This document shows positions 9,524 through 19,089 of a DNA stretch of 64,000 bases, one piece after another. The stretch comes from a virus: the IMG/VR virus record IMGVR_UViG_3300035684_000003, positions 1,878 to 65,877 of that record; one strand, written 5' to 3'. Below the pieces are notes generated by a model that was not told the DNA's origin, did no database searches, and was given only the letters and a program-made list of their open reading frames with translations. Position 1 is the first letter of the stretch, and each line of letters starts with the position of its first letter. The translations under genes and the position numbers were made by a program.

Positions 9524-10039
9524 CATCTCCTACACCAACCTGAGTACAGATATGGTGTAGGCTTCCAAGACAATCCGGCTATTGCTTAGGAGACTCTTGG
9601 CTTTATTAACGACACGGAATGCCCTACCGCGCCGGAACAATACAAAAGATATGTTCAACACCTTTGTACTGCTGGAATTTTACCCGCCCACAGGTGCGAC
9701 TACGAATAGTCTGTTTCTGGACGGAACCCCATATTCCAGGTTGTCAAGGTTCGATGTGCAGGCAGCGATTAGCTGTATTTGATTAACCTGTACATTAAAA
9801 TACTAGCATATCCATATGAAATTGCTAGCATGACTCAGATTAACATCCGATTATCCGAACGAGAGAAGCAGCACCTGTCCAAATATTGCGAGCATACAGA
9901 CCGTACCCAAAACGATGTAGTCAGAGAACTCGTTCGTCGTTTGTCAATCTCAGGGGTATTGAACCCCCTCGATTAACCGCCTATCCATCCCGACACCAAC
10001 CTGGGTACAGGTATGGTGTGGGGCTTCCGGCGAAGAAAG
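9520..10039 (-). mobile_element. 520-bp non-autonomous IS200/IS605 derivative (no tnpA or tnpB ORF)
   Basis: Two homologous subterminal hairpins (CTACACCAACCTGAGTACAGATATGGTGTAG at about 9530; GACACCAACCTGGGTACAGGTATGGTGT at about 9996); minus-strand right end ...GTCAC; inserted 3' of TTAG; removal restores ...GCG ACC TAA. Confidence 0.75.
9830..9976 (+). CDS. CopG/RHH protein of the IS605-associated type
   Basis: MTQINIRLSEREKQHLSKYCEHTDRTQNDVVRELVRRL. Confidence 0.75.
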   Translation: MTQINIRLSEREKQHLSKYCEHTDRTQNDVVRELVRRLSISGVLNPLD

Positions 10040-10154
10040 CTAACCAAGATAGAAAAAGGAAAATTTCCTCAAAAATTCCTCCCTTCCCCTAACCCATTGG
10101 GACTAAGACTTCAACAGGCAGGACGGATAAAATAGAAGAAAGTAGATGCACCCT

Positions 10155-10187
10155 AAAAAACCGCACCGGAGATGAAGCGGTTTTTTT
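10155..10187. terminator. Bidirectional terminator upstream of the packaging operon
   Basis: AAAAAACCGC...GCGGTTTTTTT. Confidence 0.6.
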
Positions 10188-10235
10188 CTTTGCAATAATG
10201 ACCGAAAATAAAAAAGGAAAATTTCCTCAAAAAAG

Positions 10236-10883
10236 ATGCCTTGGAACAAAGAACAGTGTCGCGATCGCTACGTTCGTGGCTCGTCAATCACACTGCGGGA
10301 ACTAGCCGCCGAGTCGGGGAACAGTCACAAAACTATAGAGGACTGGTCAAGGTTTGATACTCCCAAGTGGTCTGAGCAGAGAAAGCTGTTTCAGGGAGAG
10401 CTAAGGGTGAAATGTGATAATAAGATAGTCGAGAAAACAAGCGATCGCACCTCCGATTTAGCAATCGAACACCTGACAAGTTACCAATCTGCCCGTAAGG
10501 TTGTGGACGCCTACTTTCAATGGCAGAACCGACGAATAGAGGAGGTTAAAGACATCCCAGAGCGATTGGAAGCTGAACTCAAGTCAATCCGAGCTAGCAA
10601 CATAAATTTCTGGCTGTTGTCTCTGGAAAGGGCAATTAATGGGGAAAGGTTGGCGGCTGGTTTGGAGCGAGACAATGTTCCGAAAGCGATCGCATTCTTG
10701 GAAAGGCTTGGTTACGAAGTTATCGATCCAACTATTCCTCTGGGGCAATCTCCGGCTTCTGGGGAGCTTGGGTTATCGGATGAGGCTGTCGAGCTTATTA
10801 AGGCGAAGCTGTTGGGGTTGAGTGAATTACCCAAGGAACAAGTCGCCATAGTAGATATACGTGAAAAAGTAGGAGAGCCTTGA
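10236..10883 (+). CDS. Terminase small subunit (putative)
   Basis: N-terminal HTH (ITLRELAAESGNSHKTIEDW); overlaps TerL. Confidence 0.7.
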   Translation: MPWNKEQCRDRYVRGSSITLRELAAESGNSHKTIEDWSRFDTPKWSEQRKLFQGELRVKCDNKIVEKTSDRTSDLAIEHLTSYQSARKVVDAYFQWQNRRIEEVKDIPERLEAELKSIRASNINFWLLSLERAINGERLAAGLERDNVPKAIAFLERLGYEVIDPTIPLGQSPASGELGLSDEAVELIKAKLLGLSELPKEQVAIVDIREKVGEP

Positions 10884-12313
10884 CGCTTCCATCCTCAAGA
10901 GAGTTGCCACCAAAAATGAGGGCTAAACTGCTTGAACGCAGTAGCTCTAAAGGGGGGATGTCAAAAGCTTCTTCTGGGGAGATAGAGGAAGGAAATCGAT
11001 TATTTCGTCGCTTGCCTCCCTTGTTGATGCCGTACCAGGCTCGATGGTTTTCTGATACCAGCCAAGTGATGGTATGGGAGAAGAGTCGTCGAGTCGGGGC
11101 AACTTGGGCTGATGCCGCTAAATCAGCCTTGGAAGCTGCAAGGTCAAATGGCAGTGACACTTATTACCTCGGCACTTCAAAGGAAATGACTCTCGACTAT
11201 ATCGAGAGCGTCTCTTACTGGGCAAGGGCTTATCAGTTGGCAGCTACCCAGATTGAGCAAACTGTCATAAAGGATGAAGACGAAGATATTTTGGTTTTTC
11301 GGGTTCGTTTTGCCTCTGGGCATAAAGTAGTAGCTTTATCGTCTCGACCATCTAGTCTTAGAGGTAAGCAGGGAAACGTAGTCGTTGACGAGTGCGCGTT
11401 CCTTCAAGACTTTAACGAAGTGCGGAAAGCTGCTATGGCTTTGACCCTTTGGGGAGGGCAAATCAGGTATATCTCAACTCATAACGGTGTAAATAATCCT
11501 TTTAATAAACTGTGCGAAGAGATTCGAGCCGGAACGCTTTCTTACAGCTTGCATCGGATAACGTTATCTGATGCGATCGCAGACGGACTATTCAAGCGCA
11601 TCTGCCTGATTAATGGGGAACAGTGGACGCTTGAGAAAGAGTTCGCTTGGTACGCCCAACTCTATAAAGATTACGGAATTGGTGCTGATGAAGAATTAGG
11701 GTGTCAACCATTAGATGTCAAAGGTGGGGGCAAAGTTTTTGACCGCATTTGGTTTGAGGTTGTTGACACCCTGCCCCGTTTCACTGCCCAAGTCCGTTTC
11801 TGGGATATGGCTGCGACTGCTCGTGAGTTCAATGCTAATTGTTTCTACACAGCAGGCTTGCATCTGGGTCGCTTCGGCTCAGATTACTATGTTGTCCATC
11901 TCATTGCCGACCAAGTAGGTCCATCTGAGGGAGATGACCTGATTGTCACCACAGCTGCTCAAGATGGGCGAATTGTTCCGGTGCGATGGGAGTTGGAGGG
12001 GGGTAGTGCAGGGTTGAAGGTTGAGGCGAATTTGCGATCGCGCTTATCTGGCTTTGATGCCCGTGGGGTGAAACCATTAGGAGACAAACTAACCCGCGCC
12101 AAGCCGATTGCAGGGGAGGCTAAGAGAGGGAACGTTAAGTTACTGCGTGGTGCGTGGAATTCAATGTTTTTAGATGCGGTTCACGGATTTGATGGCACCA
12201 GCCAACCCCTGATTAATGATGTGGCTGACGCTTTGAGCGGGGCGTATAGCGAAATCTCCACCGTTCGGAATTATCATGTATCTGGGACGGTGAATCGAGC
12301 CAAGTTGAGCTAG
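10880..12313 (+). CDS. terL: Terminase large subunit (Mu gp28-like ATPase + Terminase_6C nuclease)
   Basis: PYQARW, EKSRRVGATW, LRGKQGNVVVDECAF, RFWDMAAT, DVADALSGAY. Confidence 0.93.
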   Translation: MTLPSSRELPPKMRAKLLERSSSKGGMSKASSGEIEEGNRLFRRLPPLLMPYQARWFSDTSQVMVWEKSRRVGATWADAAKSALEAARSNGSDTYYLGTSKEMTLDYIESVSYWARAYQLAATQIEQTVIKDEDEDILVFRVRFASGHKVVALSSRPSSLRGKQGNVVVDECAFLQDFNEVRKAAMALTLWGGQIRYISTHNGVNNPFNKLCEEIRAGTLSYSLHRITLSDAIADGLFKRICLINGEQWTLEKEFAWYAQLYKDYGIGADEELGCQPLDVKGGGKVFDRIWFEVVDTLPRFTAQVRFWDMAATAREFNANCFYTAGLHLGRFGSDYYVVHLIADQVGPSEGDDLIVTTAAQDGRIVPVRWELEGGSAGLKVEANLRSRLSGFDARGVKPLGDKLTRAKPIAGEAKRGNVKLLRGAWNSMFLDAVHGFDGTSQPLINDVADALSGAYSEISTVRNYHVSGTVNRAKLS

Positions 12314-12315
12314 TT

Positions 12316-12552
12316 ATGAGTAAATTACCCATAGAAGAATACTTTAAGTATCATCCACCTCAAACCGAAGAGCGCACAGCGAAACACAATGCTGTCAATG
12401 AGGCAGCGTTGCAGTTTGCCCGTATTGTTGATGATTCCGTGATGGATGACGATTGCAAGAAGATGGCTATGTTTGCCATTCAGCAGGCGCGGATGTTCGC
12501 CAATCAAGGCATAACAGTTGATGAACTATTGGCTAATACTGAAAATGCCTAA
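12316..12552 (+). CDS. Acb2/Tad1-hairpin-like protein (putative nucleotide-signal sponge)
   Basis: FKYHPP...HNAVNEAALQFARIV...KKMAMFAIQQARMFANQGI matches the FxYHxP...AxxxLEEAxMWANxxI pattern of this fold. Confidence 0.65.
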   Translation: MSKLPIEEYFKYHPPQTEERTAKHNAVNEAALQFARIVDDSVMDDDCKKMAMFAIQQARMFANQGITVDELLANTENA

Positions 12553-13162
12553 ACCAATTGAGGAAACAGAAGCAAGAGAGCTGTCCGCCATCAGTTTCAT
12601 GGGAATTGATGAAGCGGGGGAGATTTATCGCTGCGTTTTAGAAACCTATGGGTCGGTCAGGAATCAGCTTTCCCCTGATGATGCTCGCATTAAAGCAAGT
12701 GAGCTTTTTAGGGCAGCAGGCATTGCCGAAAGCGCTTGTGGTTTAGTGAAGTTGATGTTTTTTAAAGAGGATACTTCTCAAGGGTTTGGGAGAAAGTCTA
12801 AACAATTACACCCAGAAGACTTGGCTAAACGCGCTACTAAGGCAGTTAGCGTAATGATGCAAGAAGTCGAACCACTCCCAGAGGACATTCAAGTTAGCTA
12901 TGGGTTTAAGTTTTCCCAAAAAAAAGTATTTCCGATGGTTCATTTGACATGGGGAGAGGATAGCGTGACTCTAGAATTAGATGCCGCTAAAAATCATGCG
13001 AAGATTCTTTTTGTTTGCGCTGAAGCTGTGCAAACTGATGAGTTTTTGACAAGTTTTATCGGAAAACAACTGGGGATGGAATTAGGAGAAGTTCAAGCAA
13101 TACTTCGGGAATTTTCAGCGTTTAGACAGCAACAGTATCTTCAGTCGTTGTTTCAGAAATGA
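12518..13162 (+). CDS. Hypothetical phage protein
   Basis: 214-aa ORF between TerL and portal. Confidence 0.6.
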   Translation: MMNYWLILKMPKPIEETEARELSAISFMGIDEAGEIYRCVLETYGSVRNQLSPDDARIKASELFRAAGIAESACGLVKLMFFKEDTSQGFGRKSKQLHPEDLAKRATKAVSVMMQEVEPLPEDIQVSYGFKFSQKKVFPMVHLTWGEDSVTLELDAAKNHAKILFVCAEAVQTDEFLTSFIGKQLGMELGEVQAILREFSAFRQQQYLQSLFQK

Positions 13163-13177
13163 GCGTAGTGCGCCACA

Positions 13178-15067
13178 ATGCCCCTTGACCTCAAGACCAA
13201 ACTAGAACTCGTCAAGACCGACCCATCGCTAATCACCTGGGTCTTCAACTCCGGGCCTGAGCCGGAAGACCTCTATCTTCACCAGCAGCTAGGGGGTGAT
13301 TATTTCCGCTACGAGGAAATGCTTATTGACCCACAGGTAGGAGGCAAGTTAGACGAACGGGTTGGGGCGCTGCTGGGTCGGGCAGTTTTAGTCGATGCAG
13401 CGAGTGAGGATAAGGCGGACATTGAGGCGGCAAACACTGTAAAGAGAATCTTGGATATTCCTGACTCTGACCGGAAGCGAGAGAAGCAAGATAGGAAAAA
13501 ATCTTTAATTCCCTACGAACAGATTTGCGGTAACTGGCTCAATAGCGGACTGTTGACCGGCTTTGCTGTCCAGGCGCTGGAGTGGGTGGAGAGGGACAAA
13601 TTGATTCTCCCTAATGTGGAGTTTGTGCCCCAGCGTCGTTTCACCTTTCGGTATCGGGAGCCAGATAACAAGTTAATTAAGACCTGCACGGATGAGGACT
13701 TAGACCCAACTAAAGATATTGTTTTGGTCAATGGCTACGAACTTCGGCTGCTGACTCGACGGTCTCCAATCGAAGGTGAGCGCTGCCCTCGCAACCGCTT
13801 CATCTGTTACACCTACGGCAGTATGAAAGGACTGCCCCAAGGGTTGGGGTTAGGCTACCGCATCCGCAAGTTTTTTGAGATTAGGAAAGAGGTTATCAAG
13901 TCGGGGGTACTGACGGGCGATAGACTTGGCTCACCCCCTGTTCACGGCACCTATCCAGCAGAGCTTAACCCCCAGAATCCTCAAGACGCGATTGTTTTGG
14001 GCGCTTTCAACCGCCTACTCAAAGCCATCTCCCCCAACGCTCACGCCAGCACTACAGACGGATTCAAGATAAACTTCCTCGAACCCCGTGCAGGTGGACA
14101 TCAGATATTAAAGTGGCTCTACGACACAGCGGCAATGGAAATTAGTCGCGCCATCTGGGGAGAGGGAAGCTACTCCGAGAAGTCCACTGGTAGTTACGCG
14201 GCAGAGTCTCAGCAAGCGGAAAACCGCAACGAGAACGTAGTTGACGCTGACTGCAACAGTTTAGACGAAGGTCCATGCGCTCAGTTGTGGGAGTTAATCG
14301 GGGAGTACAACTGGCCCGATGCTGCCACCCCCATCGTTAGACGGGAGACGCGCTCGGAAATCAGGCGATTAGAGCAGGAGCGACTTGAAGGGGAACGGAA
14401 GGAGGCTTATCGCAACGGTCGGGTGGGGAGCGATCGCACCTTAATCTTGGATATTGGGTTGAATGTTACAGATGATTACATTCAGCAGACCTACGGCGAG
14501 GCTTTCTCCCTGCCCGAACCTGAACCCGCACCTTTTGCAGACATCCCAGTTGAAGACGCCCCAGTTGAAGACACCCCCATTGAAGACATCCCAGTTGAAG
14601 ACACCACAGAACTCTCTGAGTCTACCGACTTTGGCGCAATTATTGACCGCGTCTTTAAGTGGAACGGTTTAGACATCGGTGTTGAATTTCTCCCTGGTGC
14701 TGTTCGCTTCCCCGGTCGCAGGAACAGTAAGAAGCTTCGCTCAGGTTATGGTCACATTCGCGGTTACCTCGGTGCCGACGGTAACGCATTAGACTGTTAC
14801 CTCTACCCAGGACTTGTCCCCCTTAATAAGGGGGACGAACCCCAAGGGAGCGATAACCCTAACGGGATTCCTTCGGATCGCATCTTTGAAATCGAGCAAA
14901 TATCCCCAGAAGATGGAGACTTTGACGAGCATAAATATATGCTGGGTTATAACTCTTCTGAATCCGCAAAGGCGGCATATTTGGCTGAGATGCCATCTGA
15001 ATATTTTGGGCGGATTCGGGCAGTTACTGTTGCGGATTTGGAACAGTACAAGCGCTCTACACCTTAA
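13178..15067 (+). CDS. Portal protein (DUF935/Mu gp29-like) with C-terminal InPase-like domain
   Basis: YEEMLIDPQVGGKLDER, GLGLG, acidic PVED linker, then WNGLDIGVE...YGHIRGYLGADGNALDCYL...FDEHKYMLGY. Confidence 0.85.
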   Translation: MPLDLKTKLELVKTDPSLITWVFNSGPEPEDLYLHQQLGGDYFRYEEMLIDPQVGGKLDERVGALLGRAVLVDAASEDKADIEAANTVKRILDIPDSDRKREKQDRKKSLIPYEQICGNWLNSGLLTGFAVQALEWVERDKLILPNVEFVPQRRFTFRYREPDNKLIKTCTDEDLDPTKDIVLVNGYELRLLTRRSPIEGERCPRNRFICYTYGSMKGLPQGLGLGYRIRKFFEIRKEVIKSGVLTGDRLGSPPVHGTYPAELNPQNPQDAIVLGAFNRLLKAISPNAHASTTDGFKINFLEPRAGGHQILKWLYDTAAMEISRAIWGEGSYSEKSTGSYAAESQQAENRNENVVDADCNSLDEGPCAQLWELIGEYNWPDAATPIVRRETRSEIRRLEQERLEGERKEAYRNGRVGSDRTLILDIGLNVTDDYIQQTYGEAFSLPEPEPAPFADIPVEDAPVEDTPIEDIPVEDTTELSESTDFGAIIDRVFKWNGLDIGVEFLPGAVRFPGRRNSKKLRSGYGHIRGYLGADGNALDCYLYPGLVPLNKGDEPQGSDNPNGIPSDRIFEIEQISPEDGDFDEHKYMLGYNSSESAKAAYLAEMPSEYFGRIRAVTVADLEQYKRSTP

Positions 15068-15091
15068 AGGAAAATTTCCTTTTTCAACTAA

Positions 15092-16459
15092 ATGCTGACT
15101 TCGGAAGCCATTGCATACGCTGAACTAGGGCGAATATTCCGGTTACTCAATGCGAGTTTTACGGAGTTGGCATTGTGGGGCGTGTGGTTCAAAAATCGCA
15201 ACACTCCAGCCGTCGTAACTGCATCCGACAGGGGAGATGCCATTAAAAAAGCCCGTGCAACCAAGTGCGCTGGATGGGATGAAGCCGTTGTCAGCTGTCG
15301 CCAACTTAAAGGGAAATCCTTAGAGCAAGCGAAGAAAGGGAACTGGGTGAGGGAGCGTGCCAACGGAAGTGAGGAGGGTGGCTCCTTTAAGTATCGACCT
15401 CAGCTTAAGCCCAACCATGCAGAGGGGGACGATTTCCTAACGAGTGAGGATGCTTACGAAGAGCTAGTGACAAGCGCGTTCCATGTGGCATTAGACAAGA
15501 GCATCTTGTCTATAAAAGACTCTCTCTCTGCCAAGTTGGATTGGGAGGCGTTGTATCCAAATTTGGACACAACAGTTTTATCTTCTGCTCTTGCACAAGC
15601 GAATCTGCTCGGCTTGCTCGTGGGGATGTATTCCGAACGCCCCGACAGGGAGGAGACGGAATTTGCTGATGACCCCACCCGGCTGCCATTCAATGAGGCG
15701 ATCGCATATTTCCGACAGAAGCTCAACATCCCGACTCGCACATGGAAAGATATCCAAGGGGCAGAGAACGACTGGGCATTTGCAATTGCTGGCGTCACCG
15801 GTGCCGAGATGCTGCAAGACTTCCGGATGGCATTGGATAGGTACATCGCCGATGGCACGGGATTTGCTCAGTTTGCCAAGGAGTTTGATGCTATAGCTCA
15901 AAACTTTGGCTGGCAGCCCAAAGAGGGAATAGCGAGGAAAGCTGACCTAGTTGCCAAAACTAATTTTCGGATGGCTTACGCCGCAGGGCAGTGGCAGCAA
16001 CGCCAAGACCCCTTAGTAAAACAACTTCGACCTGGGTTGATGTGGCGACACCGCGACTCCCCTAACGAGCGCCCTCACCATAAGGCGATGGATGGGATGA
16101 TATTTGATGGCAATGACCCGCAGTACTCTGGTCTTGTTGGTTTTTCAGGGTTTGGCTGCCGCTGCCGACTCTTCTCCGTCCCCGCACCAGACAGAGGATT
16201 TGATGTGCTGAGCCAAACCCTGCCTTACCAGTTCCCCGATGGCAAAACGGGTGAGGTGCCAGCAGTGAAGGTTGGGGAGAAACTCTTTCCCGTTGCCGAC
16301 CCAGGATTCTTCTACACCCCTGGCGCTAGCCCAAAATCTGCTCGACCTCACCTATTCCAACAGATGCTTGGACGGCAGCCCCCCGCGTGGCAGAAACTGA
16401 TTAGGCGAGCAATTCCGCAGCGGATATTGAGGGCATTTACACCCAAAGGATTCAATTAA
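15092..16459 (+). CDS. MuF (gpF/SPP1 gp7) head morphogenesis protein with family leader peptide
   Basis: LPFNEAIAYFRQK...AFAIAGV...TNFRMAYAAGQW...RPHH...GFGCRC; N-terminus MLTSEAIAYAELG. Confidence 0.88.
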   Translation: MLTSEAIAYAELGRIFRLLNASFTELALWGVWFKNRNTPAVVTASDRGDAIKKARATKCAGWDEAVVSCRQLKGKSLEQAKKGNWVRERANGSEEGGSFKYRPQLKPNHAEGDDFLTSEDAYEELVTSAFHVALDKSILSIKDSLSAKLDWEALYPNLDTTVLSSALAQANLLGLLVGMYSERPDREETEFADDPTRLPFNEAIAYFRQKLNIPTRTWKDIQGAENDWAFAIAGVTGAEMLQDFRMALDRYIADGTGFAQFAKEFDAIAQNFGWQPKEGIARKADLVAKTNFRMAYAAGQWQQRQDPLVKQLRPGLMWRHRDSPNERPHHKAMDGMIFDGNDPQYSGLVGFSGFGCRCRLFSVPAPDRGFDVLSQTLPYQFPDGKTGEVPAVKVGEKLFPVADPGFFYTPGASPKSARPHLFQQMLGRQPPAWQKLIRRAIPQRILRAFTPKGFN

Positions 16460-16475
16460 AGGAAATTTTCCTTTT

Positions 16476-16901
16476 ATGGACGTTGAAATCGACCTATCTC
16501 AAGCCAGGACTTCATTCACTAACCTCGGAAGCGCCCTAGACGACGCGACCCCGTTGTTTAACCTAATTGGGCAGGAAATGGAGTTGAGCATTGACGACGG
16601 TTTCCGCACCGAAACCGACCCAGATAATAGTCCTTGGGCAGCGCTGACAGCCAGCTACGAAGCGAGTAAGCGACGCCGGGGTTTTATTGGCAAAATCAAC
16701 CAGCGTCGCGGTGATTTACGTGCCAGTATTACTTATAGAGTTTATCGGGATAGGCTGGAAATTGGGGCAAATGTCCCCTATTCCTTGAAGGTTCAGGAGA
16801 AGCGTCCTTTCCTTTATTCCAAGTCGGGCGGATTGGGAACAAGGGCGGAGCGCAGGATTGAACGGGTAGCAAATGATTATATTCAAAGTTTGGTTGATTA
16901 A
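16476..16901 (+). CDS. Virion morphogenesis protein (Mu gpG / P2 gpS-like)
   Basis: F.TETDPDNSPWAAL...GDLRASITY...LEIGANVPY...RPFL. Confidence 0.85.
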   Translation: MDVEIDLSQARTSFTNLGSALDDATPLFNLIGQEMELSIDDGFRTETDPDNSPWAALTASYEASKRRRGFIGKINQRRGDLRASITYRVYRDRLEIGANVPYSLKVQEKRPFLYSKSGGLGTRAERRIERVANDYIQSLVD

Positions 16902-18278
16902 ATGTTAACGAGAGAAGCTTTAGCATTTTCAGAGCTAGGACAGCTGTGGCGAGAAGTGAACGGTTCTGCGGACTTTGCTTCGCCCGTGACTGACCCGGAG
17001 GTTGTAGGTTATGTCACGACAGTTGTGCGCTCAATGATTAGAGAGCGCAATTTGGTTGTTGGGGAGATTACTGTAGATGGCGATACATTTACGGGTGTGG
17101 CACAAGCCAAGGTGTCACCTCGATTGACCAAGCGCTTTGAGTTTGAGATTTCCCCAGATAGTAAGACGTTTGGCGCTATCAACGCGGACGAAATAGAAGC
17201 CTTCAGCGAAGTTGTTGAATTTAAGGGAACAAGAAGCGGAAAAACCCTAAATTGCAAGGTTTCCCAATGCGGCGGACGTTGTTTGAAAGGGGGCGAGAAA
17301 TGTCGTCAGACGATGTCCTCTGACGAGCGCAAGGCTCACGATAAAGCGCTCAAGAAGGTGGGAACGGTCGAAACCTCTCTTGCTAAGAAACGGCGTGAGA
17401 TGAAGGAGAGCCGAGAGAAGGAAGCGGCAGCAGCTAAAGTTTCAACTAAAAAGCCAGACGAAACACCAGTAAAAAGTAAATCAAAAAAAACAACTAACAC
17501 CTCCTCCGAGACACAGGCTAAGCGCAAACCCTCTCCTAAAGACGAAGAAAAGCCTCCCAAGAAAACCTCAAATCCCAAGGAGTCTTCGCTTGATGCTTCA
17601 AAGAAAGCCAAGCCACCTTCAAAACAATTGCTGTTAGAAGAGACTGAAAAGTTCTTGAGTAATTACTCTCAAAAAGCAGCTGAATCTGAAAAGGATGGTA
17701 GCGTAGGGGGGCCTAGGCAAAGAATTGTTGAAGCTCATCGAATAATTAAAGAAGGGAGCTTTCCAAAAATGACTCCTTCAGAGCAATCAGACTTTTTTGA
17801 AACCATGAATAATGCTGGCGGCTCTAGATACAACGGAGGGAGTAACAATCCTGCTCTTATCAGTAATATCGCCGCTTTGCAACAAGAACACTTGTATGGG
17901 TCTCTTAACTCTTCTCAGAAAACAGCCCTTGTAAAAGAGGTACTTAAAAATAACTTTGGCGATATTCCTAGTGAATTTAGAGATGCCAAGAACCCTAGGA
18001 TTCAGGGGATAGCCAAAGACATGATGGAGCGGAAGGAGCAAATAGAGTCTCCTCCCGCAAAAAACTTAAATAAGGGTTCTAAAGAAAGGAATAGATTCAA
18101 ATGGATAGACAAACAGATAAACAATCCGGACATCCCAGAATCAGCTAAGAAGTTGTTAAGAACCATGCCCGTAGGTATGGCTAGACCTTTCCCCGTGGGA
18201 GGTAGTAGGACTAGCCAGAGAGCTTGGGACGAATGGGCAAAGTATGCATTAGTACAGGCGGGGTTAGATTACGATTAG
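16902..18278 (+). CDS. Leader-family cargo protein, unknown C-terminal domain
   Basis: MLTREALAFSELG leader, shared N-domain, VEF, CKVSQCGGRC...C motif, unrelated C-terminus. Confidence 0.75.
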   Translation: MLTREALAFSELGQLWREVNGSADFASPVTDPEVVGYVTTVVRSMIRERNLVVGEITVDGDTFTGVAQAKVSPRLTKRFEFEISPDSKTFGAINADEIEAFSEVVEFKGTRSGKTLNCKVSQCGGRCLKGGEKCRQTMSSDERKAHDKALKKVGTVETSLAKKRREMKESREKEAAAAKVSTKKPDETPVKSKSKKTTNTSSETQAKRKPSPKDEEKPPKKTSNPKESSLDASKKAKPPSKQLLLEETEKFLSNYSQKAAESEKDGSVGGPRQRIVEAHRIIKEGSFPKMTPSEQSDFFETMNNAGGSRYNGGSNNPALISNIAALQQEHLYGSLNSSQKTALVKEVLKNNFGDIPSEFRDAKNPRIQGIAKDMMERKEQIESPPAKNLNKGSKERNRFKWIDKQINNPDIPESAKKLLRTMPVGMARPFPVGGSRTSQRAWDEWAKYALVQAGLDYD

Positions 18279-18287
18279 GAACAACGC

Positions 18288-18740
18288 ATGGCTGCCAAGC
18301 AATTCGCAGGCAATGGCAAACGCTTCCCCGGTGCTGAGATTATCTACGTTGTCGATTACGATAGCGACGGGCGGGACGCGGGAGGAAGCTCAACTACTAC
18401 CTTTCAAGGTGCGATCGCACCCCCAATAATCCTTAAGATTGCCAATGAGGAATACCCCTTCACCGTGTCGAGAGCGAAGCAAATCGAGTTTTTCTGCCGC
18501 ACGGATGACGAGGTTAGGTATGCCTATGTAGAAGGGGGAACCTACCTCCCCAGCGTAGAATATAGAACCTTGCGACCAGGGAGTGAAAAGGAATTAAACT
18601 TTGGGGAGACTGGGTACTTCGACGGCACCATCTATTTTGCCTCAAGTACCGCTGGTGCCATTCTAGAAATAGAGGTGTGGAGTAGTGCCGACACGGTCGA
18701 TTTACAAGCAGACGGGGGAAGCGCCATCTTCAACCATTGA
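18288..18740 (+). CDS. Hypothetical, probable beta-rich structural protein
   Basis: 150-aa ORF within the head operon. Confidence 0.5.
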   Translation: MAAKQFAGNGKRFPGAEIIYVVDYDSDGRDAGGSSTTTFQGAIAPPIILKIANEEYPFTVSRAKQIEFFCRTDDEVRYAYVEGGTYLPSVEYRTLRPGSEKELNFGETGYFDGTIYFASSTAGAILEIEVWSSADTVDLQADGGSAIFNH

Positions 18741-19089
18741 ATTGCGAGCAGGTGCTGTGTTGAGCGGACATCGGCTTGTTGTGGTCGAGCCAGATGGACA
18801 ACTAAGATATGCTGACCACCGAGACGCGTCTCATCCCGGTCGGATTGTGGGGGTGACGTTGAGTGCAGCTTTTAAGGGAGAGTTGGTATCAGTCCAACGC
18901 GCAGGAAAGATAAAGGAACCCAGTTGGGCGTGGAATATTTCCGACCCGTTGTGGCTGGGGCGCAACGGCAACTTAGTTCAGACCCAACCCAAAACAGGTT
19001 TTGTGCTGGTTGTGGGAGTTGCTCTAGCACCCAACACTATATTGATGGCTAATATACAAGCAAGTCATATTACATTTTTAGATGGCTGA
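18685..19089 (+). CDS. Putative head decoration/fibre protein
   Basis: LSGHRLV...YAD...VGVTLSAA..GELV...W.W...LWLG.NG.L pattern seen in phage decoration proteins. Confidence 0.55.
   Translation: MPTRSIYKQTGEAPSSTIELRAGAVLSGHRLVVVEPDGQLRYADHRDASHPGRIVGVTLSAAFKGELVSVQRAGKIKEPSWAWNISDPLWLGRNGNLVQTQPKTGFVLVVGVALAPNTILMANIQASHITFLDG

Noticed and set aside
9582-9782. 66-aa ORF inside the mini-IS
   Set aside because: No motif or start context; more likely non-coding tnpB/reRNA remnant on the opposite strand.
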